In this document: positions 1 to 10,092 of the stretch, in pieces
Numbering within the stretch: position 1 is the first letter of the stretch
Layout: every line of letters starts with the position of its first letter
NCBI GenBank assembly: GCA_963714585.1
Contig: CAVQPC010000077.1
Span: 3,878 to 67,877, forward strand
DNA from: an uncultured Methylomirabilota bacterium
Lineage (GTDB): Bacteria > Methylomirabilota > Methylomirabilia > Methylomirabilales > 2-02-FULL-66-22
DNA length: 64,000 nucleotides
Reading direction: 5' to 3'
Translations under genes and position numbers: made by a program
The notes under the pieces: model-generated
What the model was told of the DNA's origin: nothing
The model's input: only the letters and a program-made list of their open reading frames with translations
Databases searched by the model: none

Positions 1-75
1 CGCGAAGGCGTATCCGCTCCCGAGGACCAGAGCGCCTGCCGCCAGCAGCGCAATCAACAGCTTTACTCTTCGCAT
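1..75 (-). CDS. 5' end of a secreted or lipoprotein-like gene that runs off the left edge
   Basis: ATG at 75-73 preceded by GGAGGTGA; N-terminus MRRVKLLIALLAAGALVLGSGYAFA looks like a signal peptide; remainder lies outside the window. Confidence 0.45.
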   Translation of the reverse strand, partial: MRRVKLLIALLAAGALVLGSGYAFA

Positions 76-110
76 CGTTCACCTCCCCAAGCAGTTGCCG
101 TTACGCGGGA

Positions 111-548
111 TTAAGGTGGGCCGTCACCGTTACGCGGATGGCTCGTAGAAGCCGCTGCGGCCTCCTCCACGGATCGGAGGAACCGATCCAGTGGTCCGCC
201 CTTCACCAGCACCCGGAAAGCCCCCGCCTTCCGGAGCATCACCTCCAACCCACGGTTCAACAGGGTCGTCTGGATCACCACGGGCGGCGGATTCTCCGTG
301 CGGCGAACGCGTTTCAAGAGCGCTAAGCCATCCATGCTTGGCATCTGCAGATCCGTGACAATCACTGCGAACTCGCTGTCCTGCAGACAGCGCCATGCTT
401 GGAGGCCGTCGGCGGCCCCCTGCGCGTCCCAGCCGTGTCTCCCAAGGGCGTACAGGAACATCTCGCGAACCCCCGGATCATCCTCCACGACGAGGACCCG
501 TCCGCTGCCCGGCTTTGCCGCCACTCTTTCCGGTTTCTCCGGAGGCAT
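111..548 (-). CDS. single-domain response regulator (CheY-like receiver)
   Basis: VLVVEDDPGVREMF...VIVTDLQMPSMDGLALLKRVR receiver motifs; start moved to the ATG at 548, which has a GGAGGGG RBS. Confidence 0.8.
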   Translation of the reverse strand: MPPEKPERVAAKPGSGRVLVVEDDPGVREMFLYALGRHGWDAQGAADGLQAWRCLQDSEFAVIVTDLQMPSMDGLALLKRVRRTENPPPVVIQTTLLNRGLEVMLRKAGAFRVLVKGGPLDRFLRSVEEAAAASTSHPRNGDGPP

Positions 549-839
549 AACTCGCCCCTCCGACCCATTATGTCGTATCCAATACCAGGCAACCCTCATG
601 CCGATCACCCGGACGACAGGCGCGGCCTCCTAATATATGGGAAAACTTGGACTTGGGAATCAGCGGGCCTCGGGGCATTCGGAAGAAGACGGAAGACTCC
701 AGGCCAAGAGTGGCACGGGCCTTTCGCAGGATTCTTCAAACCCCCTGCGAATGCAGGAGATGGAGTTTGTGGCTACTTTTGGCAGCGGGTCGAATCAGCC
801 CGACACACTCCGCGGCGATCCGGGGCGGGCGCGGGCCGG

Positions 840-2207
<1,368 letters not shown>

Positions 2208-2213
2208 GGGGCC

Positions 2214-3710
2214 TCACCCCGTGCTTGCAGGAAGCTCCACGACCGCGCGCGTCCCCTCGCCCGGCGCGCTTTCCAGGTGGATGGAGCCCCCGTGATCTCG
2301 GGCCAGTCGGCGGCAGATGGCCAGGCCCAAGCCGGTCCCTCCCGAGGCGCCTCGGGTGGTGAAGAAAGGCTCGAAGGCATGCGCCAGGACGTCGGCATCC
2401 ATTCCCGGCCCGGTGTCGCTCACCGTCACGCGCACCGTTGGCATCCCGCCGTCCTCCCGCGTGGCCTCGGTGGTGAGGGTGAGCCTCCCGCCCCGTTCCA
2501 TGGCCTCCAGGGCGTTGGTGATCAGGTTCAGGAGTAGCTCCTGCATCTGCGCAGGATCGGCCATGACTGGGGGCACATCCTCGCCCAGGTGTTGGGCGAC
2601 CGCAATCCCCTTCCGCCGGACTTCGGATGTAGTCAGGACCTGGAGATCCACGAGGAGCGCATTCACGTCCACGGGCACCCGCACGGCCTCCGGCCTGGCC
2701 GCATCCAGGAAGCGCCGGGCTCCCGCGACCACCCGATCCACGTGTCCCTGGATGAGGCGCAAGCGCTCCTTGAGTCCGGCGTCGGAGACGTCCTCTTCCA
2801 GGAGTTGGAGGTGGCCGGACACGGCGGTGAGAGGGGTCCCCACGTCGTGGGCCATGGCCGCCGCCATCTCGCCAGCCGCCGCCAGCCGCTCGTTGCGAGC
2901 CACCTGCTGCTGTGCCCGGTAGAGTCGCTCATTGACGGTGCGCAGCTCGGCGGTCGCCTCGGAGACTTGGCGCGTCAGCTCCGTCTGGAAGGACCCCACC
3001 CGCTCCAGCATCCGGTTCAGGCCCCGCGAGAGCCGCCCCAGCTCGTCCCGCCGATCCTCGGGAGCCCGCACGTTCAGGTCCCCGGCCTCCGCCCGCTGCA
3101 TGACCCCCGCCAAGTGGCGGACCGGCGACGTGAAGGCCCGGTTCATGAGGACCGACAGGCTGGTTATGAGGAGGATCCCCGTGACCACACCGAGCCCGAT
3201 GGCCTGTCGCTCCGCGTGGCGCGCCAAGGCATCCGTGCGCCCCAGGGGGAGGGACAAGGCGACTGCCCCCACGCTGCGCCGGTCCTCCCAGATGGGGACC
3301 GCCACCCGCCAAGATCGCATCTCCCCTTGGGTTTTCAGGGTGGTGATCTCCTGCCCTTCCCGCGCCGCGATCTCTACTTCCGGCCAGGGAGGATGTGAGG
3401 GGCCCGCCGAGGCCCACTCGACGAGCCCACGGGACGTCACGGCGTAGATGGCTGCATCCCGGACCACACTGCCCCGGCCCAGCAGGCTGGTCAACTCCTG
3501 CTGCAGGGTCCCCGCCTCGACGGGCCCGTGGCTGGAGACGACGGAGGCAGCCAATTCCCGCGCCAGCGCCAACCCGCTGGTGCGCAGATCGTCCTCGGTG
3601 GCCCCCCGGGACATCCGGATGGTGAGGAACGTGGTGAGCGCCAGCACCGAGAGGACCACCGCCATCGTCACGACCACGATCTTGGTCCGGAGACTCCATA
3701 CCCTCCGCAT
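2214..3710 (-). CDS. membrane sensor histidine kinase with HAMP domain
   Basis: TM segments, HAMP, H-box MAHDVGTPLT, HATPase G-boxes DTGPGM and GTGLGLAI; lies 7 bp upstream of the NtrC-type regulator; start set at the ATG at 3710. Confidence 0.9.
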   Translation of the reverse strand: MRRVWSLRTKIVVVTMAVVLSVLALTTFLTIRMSRGATEDDLRTSGLALARELAASVVSSHGPVEAGTLQQELTSLLGRGSVVRDAAIYAVTSRGLVEWASAGPSHPPWPEVEIAAREGQEITTLKTQGEMRSWRVAVPIWEDRRSVGAVALSLPLGRTDALARHAERQAIGLGVVTGILLITSLSVLMNRAFTSPVRHLAGVMQRAEAGDLNVRAPEDRRDELGRLSRGLNRMLERVGSFQTELTRQVSEATAELRTVNERLYRAQQQVARNERLAAAGEMAAAMAHDVGTPLTAVSGHLQLLEEDVSDAGLKERLRLIQGHVDRVVAGARRFLDAARPEAVRVPVDVNALLVDLQVLTTSEVRRKGIAVAQHLGEDVPPVMADPAQMQELLLNLITNALEAMERGGRLTLTTEATREDGGMPTVRVTVSDTGPGMDADVLAHAFEPFFTTRGASGGTGLGLAICRRLARDHGGSIHLESAPGEGTRAVVELPASTG

Positions 3711-3934
3711 GCATCGTTCTCCGCCGCTCTCGGCGGCCGCATCGCTCGGGGAGCGCTTGACGCCGTTAATCATAAGCTCCCTACCCTAGTCCGGCAAGAT
3801 GACGGGCCCGCACAGCCCTAGCGGAATACGCCTTGTGGCTTCCTGCTGTTGCGCTACCATGCTCTGCGGGAAGGATCCTACGATGTGTGGGGGATGTCGG
3901 GGAGTGGATGCACGCTCGCCTGGAGGGTCTCGTC

Positions 3935-4100
3935 ATGGAAATCGATCGGCTGACTTCCCTGCGCCAGGTTCCCATGTTCTCGATGCTTGAACCGGCGCAC
4001 CTCGCCGTGCTCGCGCGGATGACCCACCGTCAGCATTACCGTAAGGGACAGATTATCTACTACCGGGGCGATTCCGGCAATGCCATTTACCTACTGATAA
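3935..4100 (+). pseudogene. N-terminal fragment of a Crp/FNR-type cyclic-nucleotide-binding regulator
   Basis: LRQVPMFSMLEPAHLAVLARMTHRQHYRKGQIIYYRGDSGNAIYLLI matches the first half of a cNMP-binding fold; homology stops abruptly near 4100. Confidence 0.55.
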
Positions 4101-4110
4101 GGAGACGGGA

Positions 4111-4251
4111 GTGGAGAACGTGTTGCATGCCGTCGATGGTTCCGTTCGCCCTGGCGAGGCGGCGGCATTGGCGCACCGCCTGCTTCCCCGGGATGCCGAG
4201 ACGCTGGTCCTCCAGGTGGTGCCCCAACTGCCTTATGCCTGGTCTGCCTAG
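4111..4251 (+). pseudogene. 46-aa N-terminal fragment resembling a universal stress protein
   Basis: GGAG RBS then GTG; VENVLHAVDGSVRPGEAAALAHRLLPRDAETLVLQVV resembles a USP N-terminus and is then terminated. Confidence 0.45.
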
Positions 4252-4375
4252 CGCCGGACCCACGAGCTGTCCGGCAAGGCTCAAGCAGCGGCAGCCTGCC
4301 GCTTGGAAAAACAACCGCCGCGGGAAGGGTGAGACCTCCCCGCGGCGGTCATATGCGTAATCGGGACGCCTCGGC

Positions 4376-4873
4376 TTAGTCGATGGCCGCCGGCTCTTCG
4401 ATCTCCTTCCCTGCCTCGTGGAGCAGAAGCACATGCGCGGCGACCTCTTCTAGCCGCGCCTGGCCCAAACGATCTTCCGCCAGGCTGAAGCCCACCTCCT
4501 CCTCCAGGAACATGTGGTGGACGAATTCCTTGACCAAGGCGAGGCCCTTCTCGCGAACGAGCGGGGCCATTGCCTCGCCGATCGGGCAGGAGGTGAGCGC
4601 CTTGAATTCCGCGAGGCGGGTTTCCAGGTCCCGATGTTCCTGCGCCATCTCGGCGACCACGCCTGCGGCGTCCGGACCGGTCTCGGCCAGCGGACGGAAC
4701 ACCCACCGTTCCTCCGAGCCCCAGTACTCGCGCAACTGCATGTCAAGGTAGTTCGCGAGGTTCCTGGCCACCGTGGCCCAATGGGACGACTGCGTCAGGA
4801 GCGCTCGGTCCAGGGACACCAGGGCCTTCCGGATGGTCCGATGATTCTTTCGGAATAGATCGGTCGCGATCAT
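4376..4873 (-). CDS. hemerythrin-like (HHE cation-binding) domain protein
   Basis: H/E-rich four-helix pattern (KNHRTIRKAL...EHRDLE...HHMFLEEE); starts 7 bp after the malic-enzyme stop, so probably co-transcribed. Confidence 0.7.
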   Translation of the reverse strand: MIATDLFRKNHRTIRKALVSLDRALLTQSSHWATVARNLANYLDMQLREYWGSEERWVFRPLAETGPDAAGVVAEMAQEHRDLETRLAEFKALTSCPIGEAMAPLVREKGLALVKEFVHHMFLEEEVGFSLAEDRLGQARLEEVAAHVLLLHEAGKEIEEPAAID

Positions 4874-4879
4874 GCTCCC

Positions 4880-7390
4880 TCACCCCACCAGCCCGAGCTT
4901 CCCCTCGTAGATGTAGGCCCGGGCGTTCTCGGCGACCACCTCGGGATCGATCTTCAGGCGTGCCACCCCGGTCTCCATGGCGGCGGTGGCCACGGCCTTG
5001 GCGACGGCCACCGGCACCCGGAAGTCCAGCATGGTGGGGAGGATGTACTCCCGCTTCAGCTCCTTGTCGCTCACCAGGGCCGCGATGGCCTCCGCGGCGG
5101 CGATCTTCATGGCGTCATTGATCTCGCGGGCGCGCACATCCAGAGCGCCCCGGAAGATCCCGGGGAAGCCCAGGGAGTTGTTCACCTGGTTCTCGAAATC
5201 CGAGCGGCCGGTGGCCACGACCGCGGCCCCGCCCGACTTGGCCTCGTCGGGGAAGATCTCGGGGACCGGGTTCGCCATGGCGAAGACGATGGCGTCTTTC
5301 GCCATGGTCCGCACCATTTCCGGTGTGACGGCCTTGGCCACCGAGAGGCCGATGAAGGCGTCGGCCCCCACCAGGGCGTCGGCCAGCGTCCCGGTGCGCC
5401 GCGCCTTGTTCGTGCAGTGGGCCATCTCGACCTTCACCGGGTTCATCCCCTCCGTCCGCCCCTCGTAGACGATGCCCTTGGTGTCACAGAGGAGGAGGTC
5501 CTTCACGCCGACTTTCAGGAAGAGGCGGGCGACCGCGATGGCCGAGGCCCCGGCCCCGTTCAGGACCACCGTGGCCTCCGCCAGGGTCCGCCCCGTCACC
5601 TTCAGGGCGTTCAGCATGGCCGCCAGCACGATCACGGCCGTCCCGTGCTGGTCGTCGTGCATGACGGGGATGTCCAGCTCCTTCTTCAGCCGGTCCTCGA
5701 CCGCGAAGCAGCGGGGGGCCGCGATGTCCTCCAGGTTGATCCCGCCGAAGACCGGGGCGATGGCCTTCACCACCGCCACGATCTCGTCGACGTCCTGGGT
5801 GGCGATGCAGATGGGGAAGGCCTCGACCCCGCCGAAGGTCTTGAAGAGCACGGCCTTGCCCTCCATGACGGGCATGGCGGCCCGGGCGCCGATGTTGCCC
5901 AACCCCAGGACGGCGCTGCCATCCGAGACCACGGCCACCAGGTTGCCCTTGGCGGTGAGCTCGTACACCTTGGCCGGGTCCTGCCGGATGGCTTCGACCG
6001 GGAGGGTCGCCCCCGGCGGGAGGTAGAGCAGGTTCAGGATGTGGGCGTCCTTGATGGGCACCTTGCTCAGGATCCGGAGCTTGCCGCGGAAGCGGCGGTG
6101 CAGCTCCATGGCCTCTTCCTTCTGGCTGAGGGGCTTGCCCGGGGCCCGGGGCTCGATCGGGACGCTGCCCTCGTAGATGAAATGGAGGGTCCGCTCCGCG
6201 ATGGTCGCGGGGTCCATCTTGGATTCCCCGCTCTGCATGGCGGCCTTGGCCACCGCGGCGGCGATGGTGGGGGCCACGTGGAAGTCGAAGAGCGGGGGGA
6301 CGATGTGCTCGGGGGTCAAGTCGGCCGCGGGCACCAGCCCGGCCAGGGCCTGGGCGGCCGCGAGCAGGATGGGGGTCGTGACATTGCGGGCCTGGATGTC
6401 CAGGAGGCCCCGCAGGACCCCGGGGAAGACCAGGGCGATGTCGAGCTGGTTCGGGAAGTCCGACCGGCCGGTGGCGACGATCGCGGCGCCGGCCGCCTTG
6501 GCCTCGGCCGGCAGGATCTCGGGCGTGGGGACGGCCAGGGCGAAGACGATGGCCTGGGCGGCCATGCGCGCGACCATCTCGGGGCTCACCACGCCCCCCT
6601 TCGAGAGGCCCACGAATACATCCGCGCCTTGGAGGGCCTCGGCCAGGGACCCGGCGAAGTTCTCGGGGTTGGTTTGCCGAGCGACCTCGGCCTTCACCCA
6701 GTTCATGTTGACCGGGCGATACTTGTGGAGGGCGCCGGCGCTATCGCAGACGATGAGCCGCTGCGCCCCGGCCGCGACGAGCAGGCGCGCCACCCCCACC
6801 CCTGCCGGGCCCGCCCCGCCGATGACGATGCGCGCATCCTCCAGGCGCTTGCCCACCAGGGTCAAGGCATTCAGCAGGCCCGCCAGCACCAGGACGCCCG
6901 CCCCATGGGCATGGTTGTGGAAGATGGGCACGTTCACCGCTCGCTGCAGGTGGTCCTCCAGGGAGAAACAGCGCGGGGAACTGATATCCTCCAGGCAGAA
7001 GGCCCCGAAGGTCGGGGCGAGCATGGCCACGGTCTGGATCATCTCGTAGAGCGTGTCCACGCGCAGGCACATGGGGAAGGCGTCGACCCCCGCGAAGGTC
7101 TGGAAGAGGACCGACTTCGCTTCCATGATGGGCAGGGCAGCCTCGGGACCCACCGCGCCCATGCCGAAGAGGGCGGAGCCGTCCGTGATGAGGGCGATGG
7201 TGTTCCCCCGGCAGGTGTACTCGAAGGACTTCCGGGGATCCTTATGGATGGCGAGGCACGGTTCGGCCACGCCCGGGGTGTACACCAGGCTGAGGGTGGC
7301 CCGGTCCTTCACGGGCATCTTGCTCTCCACCCCGATCAGGCCGCGGTGGCGGCGGCGGTAGTCCAGGGCATCGTCCTCGTGGATCATCAT
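4880..7390 (-). CDS. tandem double malic enzyme: two full NAD(P)-malic-enzyme modules in one 836-aa protein
   Basis: Both halves carry ME motifs. The C-half is canonical (VSDGSAVLGLGNIG, PVMEGK, HDDQHGTA, NQVNN); the N-half is degenerate. AAGGAG RBS before ATGATG at 7390; the upstream 115 codons of the ORF look non-coding. Confidence 0.9.
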   Translation of the reverse strand: MMIHEDDALDYRRRHRGLIGVESKMPVKDRATLSLVYTPGVAEPCLAIHKDPRKSFEYTCRGNTIALITDGSALFGMGAVGPEAALPIMEAKSVLFQTFAGVDAFPMCLRVDTLYEMIQTVAMLAPTFGAFCLEDISSPRCFSLEDHLQRAVNVPIFHNHAHGAGVLVLAGLLNALTLVGKRLEDARIVIGGAGPAGVGVARLLVAAGAQRLIVCDSAGALHKYRPVNMNWVKAEVARQTNPENFAGSLAEALQGADVFVGLSKGGVVSPEMVARMAAQAIVFALAVPTPEILPAEAKAAGAAIVATGRSDFPNQLDIALVFPGVLRGLLDIQARNVTTPILLAAAQALAGLVPAADLTPEHIVPPLFDFHVAPTIAAAVAKAAMQSGESKMDPATIAERTLHFIYEGSVPIEPRAPGKPLSQKEEAMELHRRFRGKLRILSKVPIKDAHILNLLYLPPGATLPVEAIRQDPAKVYELTAKGNLVAVVSDGSAVLGLGNIGARAAMPVMEGKAVLFKTFGGVEAFPICIATQDVDEIVAVVKAIAPVFGGINLEDIAAPRCFAVEDRLKKELDIPVMHDDQHGTAVIVLAAMLNALKVTGRTLAEATVVLNGAGASAIAVARLFLKVGVKDLLLCDTKGIVYEGRTEGMNPVKVEMAHCTNKARRTGTLADALVGADAFIGLSVAKAVTPEMVRTMAKDAIVFAMANPVPEIFPDEAKSGGAAVVATGRSDFENQVNNSLGFPGIFRGALDVRAREINDAMKIAAAEAIAALVSDKELKREYILPTMLDFRVPVAVAKAVATAAMETGVARLKIDPEVVAENARAYIYEGKLGLVG

Positions 7391-7613
7391 GGGCTCCTTT
7401 ACGGAGGACAATTCCCCCGGGGCTGTCCTCCCACTGTTCGGTTTGGCCACTTCGGTTTCGGATGGGTCCTGGGGGTGGGTCCCACCCTCATCCTCACAAT
7501 GTGTGCGGAAGACGCAGATCGCTCCGGCCGACGGTCCGTCGCTACACGGACACCAGCATCGGAACGACGCAACGTCTGGGCGACGATATGAAACAGATTG
7601 CCACCTGTCTCTC

Positions 7614-7629
7614 GGCAATTCCGATACCA
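7614..7629 (-). promoter_or_regulatory. candidate sigma-54 (-24/-12) promoter upstream of the malic-enzyme operon
   Basis: Minus-strand TGGTATCGGAATTGCC fits TGGYAY-N5-TTGC spacing exactly; about 225 nt upstream of the start at 7390. Confidence 0.55.
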
Positions 7630-7879
7630 ATTTCCACCCTGCCTCGGTTTCCAGACATGCTCCGTGGCAATCGGTCAGAACATGAGGCATCCCTGCGAAA
7701 TGCCGATGACTTGCGGCCCAGGGGCGACGGGACACGAAAGCCGATATCGATGGGACGCGTTGGCGAAGCTATGCTCCCTGAGGCAAATTAGCCAAGATCT
7801 GAGCCACAACGTCCCGCTGCCCCGGAACACAGATTGCCGAGCCTGGTGCGGTGGAAAATTGAGATGCGGCTGGCCCTCT

Positions 7880-8584
7880 TTACCATTCCTCCGCCTTGTG
7901 AATCAGGCGAGCACGAAATGCCTGCATGAGAGGCGCAGGGACGCCAGGACCGGCCCTGACTAGCAAGAGGTTCGCGCGGTCGTGGCGGATGTTCCCTTCG
8001 TCCGTCGGGCAGACGTCAAATCCAGCGGCTCGGAAGAGTCGCAAGAGCAAGTGGCGGTATTCCGCTTTCCTGAGTCCGGTTTCTCGCAGGTCCCAGCACC
8101 AGGTGAGAGCCTGAGCATAGACGATGACCGCATCGAGGTCCGGGGAGGAGAACGCTTGGTCCAGGAGCCGGCGAGCCAGCCCGCATCTGCGCTGGCCGCG
8201 AGCCACCTCGATCCCGCCCAACTCCAGGATGTGGCCGGCGGGCAGGTCGGCCCAGCGACTCGAGGGATCCGGCGCGTGAAGCGTGAGGTATCCGACCAGT
8301 CGTCCGTCCTTCACGGCCGCCAGAACCCGGCCGTGGGGCACGCCGGGGACCCGGAGGAGAGAGGCGAGTTGCCGCTCCGGAGATTCCGGCGCGTAACGCG
8401 AAAGGGCGCCCAGGCCTTTGTCTGGCGTGAGGCTGGAGAGAAAATCGGACGTGCATCGATCACGGATGTCCGGCGATACCGCTCGCCCCGGCTCCGGTGT
8501 CTTCGGGGGCCGGAGGATGCCAGCCACGCTCAATCTCCCTGGGCGAGGTCCGGCGTGAGGGACCGCGATCCTCTCCCCTGCCAT
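7880..8584 (-). CDS. GNAT-family N-acetyltransferase
   Basis: GRLVGYLTLH...LELGGIEVARGQRRCGLARRLLDQAF is an acetyl-CoA-binding-type motif. Confidence 0.7.
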   Translation of the reverse strand: MAGERIAVPHAGPRPGRLSVAGILRPPKTPEPGRAVSPDIRDRCTSDFLSSLTPDKGLGALSRYAPESPERQLASLLRVPGVPHGRVLAAVKDGRLVGYLTLHAPDPSSRWADLPAGHILELGGIEVARGQRRCGLARRLLDQAFSSPDLDAVIVYAQALTWCWDLRETGLRKAEYRHLLLRLFRAAGFDVCPTDEGNIRHDRANLLLVRAGPGVPAPLMQAFRARLIHKAEEW

Positions 8585-8632
8585 GGGTAATGTCGCTCAT
8601 GTGTTAACGAACCAGACCCACGGGAAAGAGGA

Positions 8633-8648
8633 AGCAAGCGGCATACCA
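8633..8648 (-). promoter_or_regulatory. candidate sigma-54 (-24/-12) promoter upstream of the GNAT gene
   Basis: Minus-strand TGGTATGCCGCTTGCT has correct GG-N10-GC spacing; about 50 nt upstream of the ATG at 8584; directly downstream of an NtrC-type regulator gene. Confidence 0.6.
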
Positions 8649-8727
8649 GCAGTGGGAGAGGGAGCCGTCAGGGGAACGGGATTTCCCTTGGAGTCTGGGC
8701 GTCCGTGGGGGGTGTCGCGTCTTGCCG

Positions 8728-10092
8728 CTACTCCTCGGTGAGCCGGATGCCGTAGCGGCGAATCTTGCGATACAGAGTCCGCCGGTCGATCCCCAGAATG
8801 CTCGCAGCGCGGATCTGGTGCCCCTTCGTGCGGCGGAGGATGAGGCCGATGTATTCCCGCTCCAGATCCTCCAGGGTGGCTTCTTTGAGCAGCGCGCGCT
8901 CCAGCGGATCCGTCCCCCCGACCAGGTGGGGCGGCAGGTCCCCCGGCTGGATGGCCGGCCCCCGGCCCAGCGTCACGGCCCGCTCGATCACGTTCTCCAG
9001 CTCGCGGACGTTGCCGGGCCAGGAGTAGCTCAGCAGGACCGTCATGGCCTCCTTCGAGATCTCGCGGACATTGGGATTGGACTCTTGGGAGAACTTCTGC
9101 ACGAAGTGGTTCGCGAGAAGCGGGATGTCCTCCTGGCGATCCTTGAGGTCGGGCAGCGTGACGGGCACCACGTTCAGGCGGTAGTAGAGGTCCTCGCGGA
9201 AGGTCCCCTCGTCGACGGCCTTCTTCAGCTCCCGGTTGGTGGCGGCGATGACCCGGACGTCGATCTTGATGGTCCGGGTCCCGCCCACCCGCTCGACCTC
9301 CCGCTCCTGGAGGGCCCGCAGGATCTTCGCCTGGAGGTCGAGGCGCATGCTCCCCACCTCGTCCAGGAAGAGGGTCCCGCCCGTGGCCAGCTCGAACTTC
9401 CCCACCTTGGTGGCGATGGCCCCCGTGAAGGAGCCCTTCTCGTGGCCGAAGAGCTCCGACTCCAAGAGCTCGGAGGGGATGGCGGCGCAGTTGACGGCGA
9501 CGAAGGCCTTGGTGGCTCGCGGGCTGTTGTAGTGGATGGCCTTGGCGGCGAGCTCCTTCCCTGTCCCGCTCTTGCCGTACACCATCACCGTGCTGCGGCT
9601 GTTCGCCACCTGCTCGATGAGGCTGAAGACATCTTGCATCGCCCGGCTCTTGCCGATCAGATTGTCGAACCGGTAGCGGGTGCGCAGCTCCTGCCGGAGG
9701 GTGCTCACCTCGCGGCGCAGGCGGCGCTCCTCCAGGGCCTTCTCGATGGTGAGGAGCATCTCGTCAATCTTGAACGGCTTGTTGATGTAATCGTAGGCGC
9801 CCTCTTTCACCGCCTGGACCGCCTGGTCGATGGAGCCGAAGGCGGTCATGATGATGACGACGATCTCGGGGTTCAGCTCCTTGATCGCGCGTAGCGCCTC
9901 CATGCCTCCGAGGCCTGGCATGCGAACGTCCGTCACCACGAGATCCATCGGCTCCCTCTCCAGGAGGGCCAGGGCCTCGGTTCCCTCTCCGCAGACGGAG
10001 ACGTGGTAGCCATTCTTGCTCAAGACCTTGGTCAGCAGCTCCCGCATCTGCTCTTCGTCATCCACAACCAGAATCCGCTCTTGCGCTGTCAT
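8728..10092 (-). CDS. sigma-54-dependent response regulator (NtrC family)
   Basis: Receiver plus AAA+ (GKSGTGKELAAKAIHYNS, GSFTGA) plus HTH; ATGA overlap with the kinase stop. Confidence 0.95.
   Translation of the reverse strand: MTAQERILVVDDEEQMRELLTKVLSKNGYHVSVCGEGTEALALLEREPMDLVVTDVRMPGLGGMEALRAIKELNPEIVVIIMTAFGSIDQAVQAVKEGAYDYINKPFKIDEMLLTIEKALEERRLRREVSTLRQELRTRYRFDNLIGKSRAMQDVFSLIEQVANSRSTVMVYGKSGTGKELAAKAIHYNSPRATKAFVAVNCAAIPSELLESELFGHEKGSFTGAIATKVGKFELATGGTLFLDEVGSMRLDLQAKILRALQEREVERVGGTRTIKIDVRVIAATNRELKKAVDEGTFREDLYYRLNVVPVTLPDLKDRQEDIPLLANHFVQKFSQESNPNVREISKEAMTVLLSYSWPGNVRELENVIERAVTLGRGPAIQPGDLPPHLVGGTDPLERALLKEATLEDLEREYIGLILRRTKGHQIRAASILGIDRRTLYRKIRRYGIRLTEE

Noticed and set aside
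709-726. TGGCACGGGCCTTTCGCA as a sigma-54 promoter
   Set aside because: The GG-to-GC spacing is two nt too long, and it is on the plus strand with no downstream plus-strand gene.
7391-7735. 115-codon N-terminal extension of the malic-enzyme ORF
   Set aside because: It shows no homology and is Cys/Arg-rich. A good AAGGAG RBS sits just before the ATGATG at 7390, where malic-enzyme similarity begins.
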